Shown here: positions 39,375 to 51,111 of the stretch, in pieces
How positions within the stretch are numbered: position 1 is the stretch's first letter
Layout of the letters: every line of letters begins with the position of its first letter
DNA from: Rhynchopus sp. YZ270_cl-10
Lineage: Eukaryota
Direction: 5' to 3'
Assembly (NCBI GenBank): GCA_964035575.1
Contig: OZ037847.1
Coordinates: 1,612,001-1,676,000 of the forward strand
DNA length: 64,000 nt
Notes under the pieces: generated by a model
What the model was told of the DNA's origin: nothing
Seen by the model: only the letters and a program-made list of their open reading frames with translations
Database searches by the model: none
Translations under genes and position numbers: made by a program

Positions 39375-41395
39375 ATGGGTCCCATTCTGTCGAAGCCGGT
39401 GACCACGAAGGTTCTGGAAAGAAAGCGGACTACTCTGTTCCATGTCGGGATTGGGTACATGAACGGGTTCCGGGAGAAAATGGAGGACGCGCATGCCGTG
39501 CATGTGAAGGACGACCATGGGTTCTTTGGTGTCTTTGATGGGCATTGTGGGCCGCTGTGTTCGGAGTACATCGCACGCCGGTTCCCAGAGGAGATAAATA
39601 AGTTGCAAGTACCCATAAAGGACGAGGTGTTGAGTAAGCTGTCACTCGACCTTGACCAGGAGTTCTTGGATACACAGCTGGAGGGCGGGTCCACGGGGAC
39701 GTTCATCATGGCGCAGAAGGTGGAGGAGACATATCTGCTGCAGGTGGGGAACGTGGGTGATAGCAGAGTGGTGCTAGGACGCCGCAAGACTAAGGAACCT
39801 GTATCGATGACGACGGACCACAAGCCCTCAGACCCCGAGGAGAGCGCACGCATCCGCGAGGCTGGCGGCACTGTCAGCAACAACCGTGTTGACGGCTCGC
39901 TTGCCGTCAGCCGTGCCTTCGGTGACGCTTCCTACAAGAACCTCTCGAACGTCAACAGCAAAGTCATCGCACTCCCAGAGATCACACACTTCAAGGCCGA
40001 GGTGGGCGACATCGTGCTGCTCTGCTGCGACGGTGTCTTTGAGAGCGACGCCTTCTCTAACGAGGGTGTTATAGAATTCATTTTCGAGCGTCTTGAGAAG
40101 AAGATGGTATGCCCTCCACCCCCTTTCCCCCTTCACCCCTTCACCCCTTCACCCCCCCTCCACAGGACCTTGCCAGCATAGCAGCAGCCGTGTGTGACGA
40201 GGCGATGTACCGTGGCAGCAAGGACAACATCAGTGCGATGATCCTGCAGCTTGGGGGTGAGCTGGACAACAAGGAAGAGCTGCCCGAGCGGGAGATCTAC
40301 GCTGGACCGTTCAGCTCTGCGGCAGACAAGTTTGTTGCTGCATATGACGCGATGGCACAAGACGCAGGCCTCCTTCCCGTGCAAATGGTCGAGCTTCGCT
40401 ACGACCAAGTCAAGCAGCGCCTTGCAGCACGCAAAGCCGCCACCACCTGCACAGACACCACATGCGACTTCACCACGCTCGAGCCCGCAGAGATGCACAA
40501 GATCCTCTGCAAGGTATGTTCTCCTCCTGCGTGTCAGGATGCCAAAACACCACACACAGCACGGCCCCTTCGCCGACGAAGACGTCTCGTCGAGAAGCAA
40601 AGAAGAGTACGTTGAGTGCCTCAAGCAAACCGCTGCATCGTATGCCACCCCTCCCCTTACCCCCACACGACGGTGAAGTCAATGACATGACATGTGCTTT
40701 TACATGTAAAATGACATGTGAAAATAAGTGACATGTGCCACATGTCATTTTACATGTATGGTAACAGAAACTGACCCTTTTTACGGTCAGTATACGTTAC
40801 CGTACATGTCATTTTACATGTAAAATGACATGTGCCACATGTAAAAGTGACATGGTACGCATGTCAAACAAGTGACATGTAAAGCACATGTCATGTCATT
40901 GACTTCACCGTCGTGCAGTACAACCTCTTTCTATGTCATAAATTATCCAATTTATAATGTGGTGTCCCGCGACCAGCCCACAATCGCCCTCCTAGAGCCC
41001 ACCTGGGCCCACCTGTGCCCACCTGAACCCAATTTCACCCGATTTCGCCCGATTTCACCCGATTTCACCCGATTTCGCCCGGATTTCACCGGGGTTGGGG
41101 ACACCCCATATAACCCGCTTTCACCCACAGCGACGCAACGAAAGACTTGAGACCTGTCGACGTGGTGGAAATGGTACACGAGCTTGAAGACTTCAGCGTG
41201 CCTTCTGATATCGACGCGATGGAGCAGTTCAGTGAAGACCGGACGAAGTTCTTCTCCGAGTGGGTGCAGGCAAAGAAGACTGCTCCTGCCGGTGCCAACT
41301 CTGACGACCTTATGTCAAAGGCGATGGAGCTCCACCAGAAGGTGGGCCTCCCGTACAACCTCATCATGAACATCCTTGAGCAGCAAGGCGTCTAA
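39375..41395 (+). CDS. Protein phosphatase 2C (PPM family), 4 exons
   Basis: MGxxLSKP N-terminus, MEDAH, FDGHCG, NVGDSR, DHKP, LAVSRAFGD, CCDGVFE, SKDN. Exons 39375-40106, 40166-40513, 40560-40639, 41131-41395. Confidence 0.93.
40666..40915. mobile_element. CACG-type MITE in PP2C intron 3
   Basis: Long TIR CACGACGGTGAAGTCAATGACATGACATGTGCTTT, CA TSD, internal ACATGT repeats. Confidence 0.92.
40959..41107. mobile_element. Small MITE in PP2C intron 3
   Basis: Ends GTGGTGTCCC / GGGACACCCC with TAAT and ATAT flanks. Internal 10-bp tandems GCCCACCTGN and CCCGATTTCR. Confidence 0.65.
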
Positions 41396-44025
41396 GGCAC
41401 ACAGCACCTCAAACTCCGTTAACATTTTTTTTGTGGTACCTCCATCAGCACCACTAAAGCACCCCAATCAACCCCCCTTGTTTTTTTTTGTGCAATGCAC
41501 AAAAAAAGAAAAGGAAAACACAAAATCAAAAGGGGGGGCAGAAAAGTGCCAAATATAAAAAATCAGAAAAAAAACAACAACAAAAAAAACAAAGATAATA
41601 AGAAGCATCAGCTTCCATAAGAAACCCCTTGCCTTACCCCCCCAGTTACAGTGCTGATTTGGCAGTATGTCTGTGCATTGATATTTTTTTTTTTTTGGAT
41701 ACTGCAAATAAGTGGTAGGGGGATGGAGGGGATGGAGTGGGGTTGGACACAAAGGGTTTCTTCTCGTATGTTTTTTTTTGTGCTTGCATTCAAGTTTAGT
41801 TTGCGCTCTTGGTTTACATACATACCTTTGTTCGGTGACTAAGTGCGAGAGCTTAGGATCATCTTATAAACATGTTTTAAAAAGCAACTGACACACAGTT
41901 AATCAAGGTGTGTCGTTCCTCCCCCTAAAGGGTTCTCATCCCTTCCTTCTCTTTGTGCAGGCGGGGCCCTACGTAGTGGCACCTCTCTTTTCTCTAACCT
42001 AATCTCTGCCACGCACACAAAAAAAAACCCCCCCCCCTCCTGTTGTGGGTGATTTTTTTTTGTCAATATTGCTAATATAAAAAGGGGTGGGAAAAAACAA
42101 AAAGTAAAAAATGTAAAGTGGAGACGTTTTGGGGTAAAAAATGGTCGTTTTCAAAATATACAAAATGCAAAACAACAAAAAACCCCGTCCCAAAAAAAAA
42201 AAGCAAAAAAAAACTGGATCTGTCAGAAACGAGTGAAAATGAGGTACAAAAAAGAGATTATAACAAGAGTTTTTTTTTTTTCCTTTTCCAAAGCCACCCC
42301 TTCAGATGCCCCTTATTTTTCTTAGCCTTGTCTTGCCAGTTGCTTCTGTTCTAGTATCCGATTATTTTCTCTCTTTTTTTGCGGACTCTTGCGGAGAGAG
42401 GTGGGGGGATGGGGTGTTTTCTCCATCAGGGCTTGCCAACATCGAATAACTGTATCCATATTCTGTACTGCCCCAGTATTTTTTTTTTAAATAAAAACCT
42501 TTTGAAAATTTTTCCCCCTGAGGGAGGAAAAATCTGGAAGGAAAACGCGGTTCTTTTTTTAAAGATGTGGAAAGGTATACATGCCAACTTTTATTGTAAG
42601 GTGCCTAAAGCACAGGCTTAGGTTCATCTTTTTCCGTATTCGTACAAATTATCCGTCGTAATTATGTTCAACCTTTTTTACGATCGACAATTTGTATGAA
42701 TACTGTATTTCTTTTTGTTTTGTTTTGATCGTCACTACCTTCTTCTCATCAACCCTCACCGCCCTACCCACGGTCTGCGGAAGAATTTTTCCCACATTTT
42801 TTTTTTTTTTTGATCAGTTTGATAGAAATTCTTTTGTACTAACTGTGCCTCAGCACAGCAGGGCTTAGATTCATAAAATACTTCATTATTTCTGTTCGAA
42901 CAGAACGCAAAATGAAACAACCATGAATTTTTTTTTCTCGTCTGTCTCAAATTACTTTGGAGGGTCTGATTTTATCCTTTCAAAAAAAGGTGGAGGGAGT
43001 GAGTGTGAGGTCCATTCCAGGCTTTTCTCGCAAGATGATGTGTTGGCGTGGAACATTAATATATTTCACGTTTTATTCTAAATAACAGCTTGCTGGGTGG
43101 GTTGGGGGTTATCCAAAGATTTTTTTCCTTTGGAGTAATGCGAGAAACATCCGCATTTCAAAACATTTTGTTTGGCAATTTGCGATTACATTTTATTTTA
43201 TTTTTTGGTCGGACCGAGTTAGGTTAGGTGACACAGAGTGATTTTTTCAAAAAAAATAACTGAATTAAAAAAATGGACCAAGTCAAAAGCGACATAACAA
43301 TAGGAATGAAAGACGAACAAAATAGTGCACGTATCACACCCACTTTTTTTTTCTCTGCTTTCACCCCCCTCTCCTTTTCAAGGTGACTCATCACGGAGGC
43401 TTGGGTTCATTTTTTGTCAACTTTTTTTTTTGTCAAAAAACCCAAAAAAAATATTCACTCCACAATGTGCAGTGGAGGAGGTGCCAGAGGTTATTTTTTT
43501 TTTTGTGTCCCCACCTACAAGAAAAAAGTAAACGCATAAAAAACAATGGAGATCACAGGCAGCTGTGTGCGCTGCAGTATTTTACTCCCCCCTCCCCCTC
43601 AACAAAGTAAAGTAAAAAGTATTAAAAAAAATAGATAAAAGGAGTATTCATCAAACAAGTGGCGGAAGGGAGGTGCGGATGAGGGGAAGTTTTATATTGT
43701 TTTTTTGGTGGTGTACGTTTTTTTTCTCTGTCTTTAGAAGATGATTATCCACTGTAGCTCAGAGAAGCAATCCACCAAGCACCGTTTTAGATGTGCGTTT
43801 GCATGAGCTCGTACCTACATCTTTTTTCTCGTGTTTTTTTTTTTTTTTGTACTTTCTCGTGAGTTGAAGGTATATGAAACTAATCTTTTTGTCGGTGACG
43901 CACAGAGTCTTACCATATTATAAACAAATGTTTTTCTGCTAAGACGGTGCGCGAGAGTGTGTTGTGTTTACCTCAACTGGGAGGGTTAAATGCAAACCCC
44001 CTAGCTAAAAAGAGTGATTAACTCA

Positions 44026-44135
44026 CACGGGCTGTCAGGTCCAGGTGGGTGAGCAACTTGGGCAAAAAAGCGGGCGTGTGTGTGCACACCCGCTTTTTGT
44101 TCACCCAATTTGCTCACCTGGACCTGGCAACCGTG
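44026..44135. mobile_element. 110-bp palindromic CAC-type MITE
   Basis: CACGGGCTGTCAGGTCCAGGTG / CACCTGGACCTGGCAACCGTG. Almost fully self-complementary, CA TSD. Confidence 0.82.
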
Positions 44136-44535
44136 CAGAGTAACGGGGTACTTGTTTTTAACGTAAAAGTAGTGTCTCTTATTTTGTTTTTGTTCGTGTT
44201 CACCCCCTTTCTCCGTCTCCCCAGGTTTGTGTTCTGTAATTGGCCGCTTGTGTGCACAGTATGTTCACAGAGATTAAACAACCCCCCATCCATGAAGAAC
44301 CTGTGTGAAAAAAAAAAAAACTAGGGGACAAAAAAAAACCAAACAAAAGGTTTCTAAACAAAAAAAAAAAAAAATGCAAAAAAAAAAAAAAAAAACACTA
44401 AAAAACAACTCGTCTCTTTACTTTTTTAGGAACATTCCTCCGGACCCTCCGCCTCTGTGCTTCTGCCACATTTCCCCCCCTATTTCTCTTCACTCTCCTC
44501 TAACACTTCCTTCAGACAACCACACAACAACAAAG

Positions 44536-45591
44536 ATGGCAGGATTTGGCGGAAACCTCTTCGGCAGTGCTGAACAGCAGGCACAGGGTCAGGGCACCCA
44601 AGCTGCCTTGACCTTCAAGGCAGGCAAGATGCACAAGACAGGCACCACGGTGCGCGCGGACACACGCAAAGGGCAAATTGTGATTCTTGGCGACCAGAGC
44701 TTCATCCACTTTCAATGGAAGGACAGGGCAACGGGGCTGGTTGAGGACGACCTGATGGTCTTCAAGGACGAAGCAGAGTACTTCCGTGTGGACAAATGCA
44801 CGACAGGGCGTGTCTACGTGCTTCAGTTCAAGCAGGGGTCGAATGCGGTGGAGCGCTTCTTCTGGATGCAGGAGCCGAGCGAGGAGGAGGACGCGAACTA
44901 CTGCAAGAAGATCAACAACTTCATCAAGAACCCTGCGACGTGTGTGGCGGGTGCTGGGGGTGCTGCGCCGCTGGGTGGTGGGCTTGCGGATTTGCACCGC
45001 CAGACTGGAGGAGGGGGCGGTGGTGTTGGCGGTGGTGGCGCACACCGCGGTGGGGCTGCACGCACGCCCATTGACATGACCACGCTGCAGGGCATTCTGT
45101 CGGACATCTCAGGCAGGGTTCCGCCTGCAGGTGGTGAGCAGCCGCAGGCAGCTCCTCAGGCTGCCCCCGCAGAGCCACAACGTCGTGCACCTGATGTAGA
45201 GCTGACAGACATGTTCTCGCAGGACAGTGTCCGTGCTGTTCTCTCAGGTGACCCTGCAGGCTTCGAGCAGCGCCTCAGCGAGCACTTCCCCGAAGGCATC
45301 GAAACCTCGGTCCTCGAGGAGATTCGCTCCCCTCAGTTCCGCCAGTCCTTGGAGCTGCTTCAGGTATGCCAATATGAAGAGTTGGGAAATGGGAGGGGGA
45401 TGAAGGAATAATAGAGGTGTGAATTTGTATATTATGTCACAAAAAAAAAACAGGCTGCGCTCTCAGACCCGGCCGCTCGCGCTGAGTTGACCCAAGCCTT
45501 CCAGCTCCCAGCTTCGTCGGATGGGACCGCTGGTGGGGTGGACCAGTTCCTGCAGTGTATCATTGCCTGGCAGGCGCAGCGTAACAAATAA
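44536..45591 (+). CDS. RPN13: Proteasome ubiquitin receptor Rpn13/ADRM1, 2 exons
   Basis: Pru domain FKAGKM...RKG...HFQWKDR...EDDLMVF...CTTGRVYVLQF...FFWMQE and a DEUBAD-like SPQFRQSL. Exons 44536-45363 and 45454-45591. Confidence 0.92.
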
Positions 45592-46493
45592 AAAAAAAAA
45601 ACCGCTTTATTTTTGGGGAAAAGCAGACTAACCTTTGGTAAATTAGGTGCTGGGTTGGGGATGGGGGAAGATTTTTCAGGGTTCTTTTTAAAAAAAAAAC
45701 TTCCCATTTTTAAGAAAGCATTTCCTTCGTGGTGTGTGTGCCGTTGCGTTCGTGGTGCACATACTTAGCGACGGGGGTATGCACAAAGAAAGGAGTGGTG
45801 ATATTGCACGACGAGGCAATTCCATACCATAACAATTTTTTTCAAAAAAAAAAAAAAATGTAACAATAATGTGCCCTGGGGTATGTGTGATTTTTTGTTG
45901 TCAAAATCCTTTTTTTTGACTCACTCTAACATAAGAAAACACCATACTCAGAGTACAAGAACATAATGCTATCATAGTAGCAACAAAAAAAAATACAAAA
46001 AAAAATTTCCGCAAAAGTCGCTGTACTTAGCCCTGTCTTGAGAGGTTATCCGTCCAGTTGACTACAGGATGTCCAACACACAGGTAGTGTAAAAGCCGAG
46101 GTGTTTCAGCATTTAGGCGTTTTCCCTTACCTCTGTTTGTTGGGCCCTGGACAAAAACAAAAACAACACAAAAAAAAGAAAAAATAGCCCCAAAAAAAAA
46201 CATGCAGAAAGAGCACTGCAAATAACAAACCCCCCCTTTTTTTCAAAAAAAAGACAAAATAACAATCCCTCTGTAGTCCTATGGACAAACACAAAAAAAA
46301 AAAAAGTGTTCTAAAACCCTCCCGGATCACAAGATTCATTTTTTTGGGATAAATAGCGCCCCTGCGTCCTCTGATGAACGGTGAGGCGTTTGCACGACTA
46401 CCCCCTCTTTTTTGATATGCAGTAAAGTGGCTTCAGTAGGGTTAAGGCTGCGCATCTTTTAAACGCCTTTTTTTCCCTCTTTTACAATACCCC

Positions 46494-46518
46494 CTCTCTC
46501 TCTCTCTCTCTCTCTCTC
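46494..46518 (+). repeat. (CT)n microsatellite
   Basis: About 12 CT units read directly. Confidence 0.9.
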
Positions 46519-46574
46519 GACACAAAATAACATTATAAAAGATTGCATCAATTTTTCTTTTTACTCGTTTCCCC

Positions 46575-46666
46575 GTATCTACGGTTGTCCGATCGGACAG
46601 TGCCGTGATGATCTACCACTGGATGGAGTATGGCTGAACGCCTCTAAGCCAGAACCCAGTCTAGAG
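46575..46666 (+). pseudogene. Isolated LSU (28S) rRNA domain VI fragment
   Basis: CGGTTGTCCGATCGGACAGTGCCG...CTACCA...GGAGTATGGCTGAACGCCTCTAAGCCAGAACCC..TCTAGA matches the conserved segment 3' of the sarcin-ricin loop (helices 96-97). No flanking rDNA. Confidence 0.85.
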
Positions 46667-46777
46667 ACATAATGTCTTCACGCCTTCTTCAAAGCAAGGC
46701 GTCACCGAAGCTGGTTTCGTGGTCTTCAATACTGTCTTCTTCCTTCATTTTTTTTGTCAGTCTTTACACATAGGCAT

Positions 46778-47131
46778 ATGGCATTTCTTGGTGAACAGGC
46801 CCGTGGGGTGTTGAGAAAGCGTGGTTTAGGGGAGTCTGCGCGGTCACCGGTTTTGATTTTTTCGAAACAGTGCTGCCCGCACTCGCAGAAGGTTGTGGAG
46901 CTCTTTGGAGGGCTTGGTGTGCGAGCCTCTGTGGTGGAGGTGGACATTGAGGCGCAAGGGGCTGATATATACCACGAAATCAAGACGATCACCAAGCAGA
47001 ACACCGTGCCCAACACTTTTATTGGTGACACACACATTGGAGGGTGCGATGCTGCCTTCGAATTGCTCCGATCGGGCAAGCTGGCATCGCTTCTCATATC
47101 TAGAGGTGCTAGAAATGCCTCCAAGTTGTAA
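46778..47131 (+). CDS. Glutaredoxin (CPHS active site) with C-terminal PTS1
   Basis: IFSK..CPHS, QNTVPNTFIG..HIGGCD..G.L, ending in -SKL. Confidence 0.9.
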   Translation: MAFLGEQARGVLRKRGLGESARSPVLIFSKQCCPHSQKVVELFGGLGVRASVVEVDIEAQGADIYHEIKTITKQNTVPNTFIGDTHIGGCDAAFELLRSGKLASLLISRGARNASKL

Positions 47132-48315
47132 TATAATACATCAACAAAATCTTGGATAAGCCTCGTCAAAAAGGAGGGCGAGAGGACGAAGGGGGAGGGA
47201 GAGAGAAGGTGCAAAACCCAGAGCAGAAGGGGTGTGATGCATCGTGTAGTGCTCTCTATTGAAGACGTAGAGGAAGGGAGGTGGCGCCCCTGATGAAAGT
47301 GCGGAATTCGAGGCCCATTTTTTGCGGAAATAAAAAGGGCGGAGGATGGACGCAGGGTAGTTGCCCCGCACCAAGGGCGGGTGTCGTTTTTAGGTCAGAG
47401 GGACGTTTTTTTTTTTGTTGTTGTCTTGTCAGTGCCTGCGTCCCCCGATGAACGGTGAGGCGTTTGCACTTTCAACTTCTCTTTGTCTTTCATTTCAGAA
47501 AAGAATAAGCCAACTTTCAATTTCGGTGAGGTGATTTTATTGTGGGAGGAGGGGGCGGCATTACACAATGGGAAGGCCCGTTTCAAAAGGACAGCCACTT
47601 CGAGCCGTGCAGGACACGGTGCATTCTTGTTGTGTTATGTTATGTTTTTTTTTTGTTTGTTTGCTTTTTAAATTTTTTGCCTTTTTTTTACCTTCCCCCC
47701 CACGATTCAACGTTTTCAAAACACCCCCATGCATGCATTGTGCATTTGTGGTGCTCATCCTGTAGGATTTCCCTTTCCTTTGCATTATGTTTCAAGCTTA
47801 ACTTAAGCACCTAAGGCTTATGTTCGTCTTCAAACTTTTATATTTTTTTTTTGCTTTTTTTGCCTATTTTTTCTCGAGGACATGCAACGTCTCTTAACCC
47901 TTAATATGCGGAAATCATAACAAGGTCACCCTCTCTTGACCCCCAGCATGCGAGGCATATTTTCATCTTTCTACAGTAAGCTACCTTTGTTTTTTTCTGT
48001 TCAAAGCTGAAATTCCAAAGCCTCCGTGAGATTTCTATTGTCTTTTCCCCGTTTTTTCCCTCCCGTGTACACTTGACATAAGTGCTGCTACGTGAAAAGA
48101 CCACCCCCGTTTCACCCCTTTTTACCTGCAATGTTAAGGTGTTGTGGTTTGAATACTTTCCGAAATGACCTAGTCCTCCGGCAGTGATGTGTCGTGCATG
48201 GCACTCTATGGGTGTCCAACAATATACCCGTCTCCGTCCCATCGCTCGTTACACCTGTTTTGTCATCAAATCACCTCACAACTTACACCCATCGTCAAGA
48301 ACGCAGCACAGGACT

Positions 48316-49137
48316 ATGGAAGCCACGGCCAGGCCAGAGCGTATGGTGATAAAGTTTGGTGGTGGTGTCATCACCGACAAGGCTGTGCTCAAGACCCCGC
48401 GTGTGGATGTGATCGACGCGCTTGCGTGCGCTGTGAAGGGTGTGCTTGACCTGGGGTGTGCGGTGACCCTTGTACACGGGGCAGGGTCGTATGGGCACCT
48501 TGAGGCTGTGAAGTGGCGCTTGGTAGGGGGGGCAGACGAGAGCATCTTGGTGGAACAGCTACGTGCAGTGGAGCGGGTGCGTGCAGACATGAAGGAGCTC
48601 AACACGCTTGTTGTAGAGGCGTTGCGCCGTCATGGGGTGCGTACGAGCTCGCACCCACCTTCGCTCTGGGCACAGGGCACGGGGGCGGGCTTTGAAGGTG
48701 ATGTGGGTCCTCTCGAAGCGTCGCTGGACGTTGTGCCGGTTACCTTTGGGGATGTGGTGCCCTGTGCAGGCGAGACGCGCTTTGGGGTGCTCTCGGGTGA
48801 CGACATCATGGCGAGGGTGTGTCTGGAGAGTGGTGGGGGTGGTGGGGACACCCAGACAACATGCTGCGTCTTCGTGGGCGACACGCCAGGGTTGCTCTCG
48901 CACCCGCCAGGCCACCGCGACTCAACTCTGCTGCGCACGTGGCGTGCCTCCGATGCCTTCAACGGTGCGCACACAGCAGCACAGGACGCCACCGGAGGGA
49001 TCTTCTTAAAAGCAGCCTCTGCTGCACGGGTCGCGCCCCATGTTCTCAGTGTCTGGTTGGTAGGTGGGTCAGAACCCAACTCTCTGCTGGAGTTGGCAAA
49101 GACGGGGTCCACAACAGGAACGCGTGTGTTGCCTTGA
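48316..49137 (+). CDS. Isopentenyl phosphate kinase-like protein (amino-acid kinase family)
   Basis: VIKFGGGVITDK, VHGAGSYGH, VPVTFGDVV, VLSGDDI and DATGGI..K motifs. Intronless. Confidence 0.8.
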   Translation: MEATARPERMVIKFGGGVITDKAVLKTPRVDVIDALACAVKGVLDLGCAVTLVHGAGSYGHLEAVKWRLVGGADESILVEQLRAVERVRADMKELNTLVVEALRRHGVRTSSHPPSLWAQGTGAGFEGDVGPLEASLDVVPVTFGDVVPCAGETRFGVLSGDDIMARVCLESGGGGGDTQTTCCVFVGDTPGLLSHPPGHRDSTLLRTWRASDAFNGAHTAAQDATGGIFLKAASAARVAPHVLSVWLVGGSEPNSLLELAKTGSTTGTRVLP

Positions 49138-49414
49138 ATTTGGAAGGTGGGGAAAGTGGTTCAAGTGCGTCTCCCGCCAAGGTGTACAGTTGTAATAGAC
49201 AAAGAAGCAATCTCGAGCGATTCTGAGTAGTCTCCCCTCCTTCTTTTCCTTGCATAACTCCCACATTTTTACACACCTTTACCTCGACAGGAAGAAACAC
49301 ACTCAAAACAAAACAAAAAAGCATATTCTCGAGCAAAGTCGCCGACCCTCTCACCAAGAGGGTACCGCACAAAGCGACACAGGAAGAGGTGGACACCTGC
49401 CTTCTCCTGCGCAC

Positions 49415-51111
49415 ATGCCTGCACGGAAGAACGACCCACCCAGCGACAAGGTGCTGCAGGGGTGTATCGATGAGGTGCACTCGCTGACGGGGGTCTCGGC
49501 ACTGCGCAATGCTACGGCAGCCACACGGCTGTCCATCATCCTGCGGCTCGAGGAGATTGAGGTATGCCACAGTGCACTCACGGGCACGCAGCTTTTCCCA
49601 CTATTATCTTAGCCCACACATGACTACCCACCACCACCTACCACAGAAAGCAGTCGTGCCGCTCGAGGTGTCGGCAGCCAAGGTGCACGACCGTGAGATC
49701 CTCCTTGCAGAGCTGAGCCTGCTGCAGGACAGGCTGGCAACACGCACAGTGCCGCTGGACGACATGCACGACGACGAGGAGAGCCCGCTGCTCACGCTGC
49801 CGAAGAAGTCCGGCGACGACGGAAAGCGGCGGCGCGCAAGCCGCTCACATGTCCTCGGCTTTGCAGACAGCGAGGCACGCAGGTACGTGAAGACGTGCCG
49901 CGGTAAGGACAGCCGCATCCACGTGCGCAGCCAACGCACCAAGACCACCGCCGAAGCGGTCCTGCAGCAGCAGAACCTTACCGGGAACGCAACACGCTGT
50001 GTGAAGAACTACGCCGACCTCTTGGAGGTGACGCAGGCAGCGCAGTTTGGTATGAGCCCCCACCCCTTCATCCCTTTACTCTCCCCCTTGCAGGAACACA
50101 CCAGCTGCTGCACCAGCCACCCGACATCCTGGACATGGTTGTCCTCTCCGGCGGTGTTGTCTCGCCGCACACAAAGGAGACCAAACGCCCCATTGCAGAG
50201 GTGCCGTCTCCAGAGCTGGTGAACATCGGCCGCAAACCCATCGTAGACAAGGGCATGCGACAAGACCAGATCATCCTCAGCAGCAACCTTGCCATCGATG
50301 AGGAGCAGCTCAAGAAGGACATCCAGCGCGAGCTGCCCAACGTCTGCGACGTTGAGATCCAGTACCAAGAAGATGTGAGTGCGACAGGCTCCGTCAGCGC
50401 TGTCCTCGTCTTCTCTTACTCTGACCCCATCTGCCAGAAGTCTGCAAAGTCTGACCCCCTGAAGGACAGCCGCATAGAAGAGCTGACTGAGCCTGTCAAG
50501 GAAATGCCGTCCATCAACGCAGGCAAAGAGGGACGCAGCCCAAAGCAGGAGGACTCCAACGAAGAAGGCATGTACGCCAAGCTTGCCAACGGCACATTCA
50601 CCAAGGTTACCCCCGACCCCTTCGAGAGAGAGAAGCAAGTACCGGAGGTGGTCAAGACCACGCGCAAAGAGTCCAAGCAAACCGCCAAGGCCCCCGCAGT
50701 GAAGCAGTCGTTCATCATGGGATGCACAAAGGTGGAGTTGGTATGTAGAAAGGGGGTTGCGTTTTTTTTTCTTTAAATTTTATCCGAAAACACACACAGA
50801 TGGCATACGTGGTGATCACAATGGTCTTTGTCGTCCCGATGGCGTTGTTCTGGTATGCAATGCGCCCACCCCCTTTCCCTATAGACCGAAAGTTTTTTGG
50901 GTGACCCCTCAGCCCCTCAGCCCCTCAGCCCCTCAGCCCCTCAGCCCCTCAGCCCCTCAGCCCCTCAGCCCCTCAGCCCCTCAGCCCCTCAGCCCCTCAG
51001 CCCCTCAGCCCCTCAGCCCCTCTCAATGCTTTCTGTCCTGAAGCATGGACCTACTGTTTTAAACCTCCCGAAACACACAACAGCTGCTGGGTGATCAAGC
51101 TCTTCTTCTAG
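49415..51111 (+). CDS. Hypothetical tail-anchored membrane protein, 5 exons
   Basis: Exons 49415-49561, 49647-50049, 50094-50740, 50800-50852, 51084-51111 join in frame. Ends in hydrophobic LMAYVVITMVFVVPMALFCCWVIKLFF. Confidence 0.7.
50905..51022 (+). repeat. (CCCCTCAG)14 tandem repeat in an intron
   Basis: 14 full 8-bp units plus a partial unit, read directly. Confidence 0.97.

Noticed and set aside
46356..46395. CTGATGA as a hammerhead ribozyme core or box C
   Set aside because: No GAAA/NUH partner or box D, and sister copies read CCGATGA.
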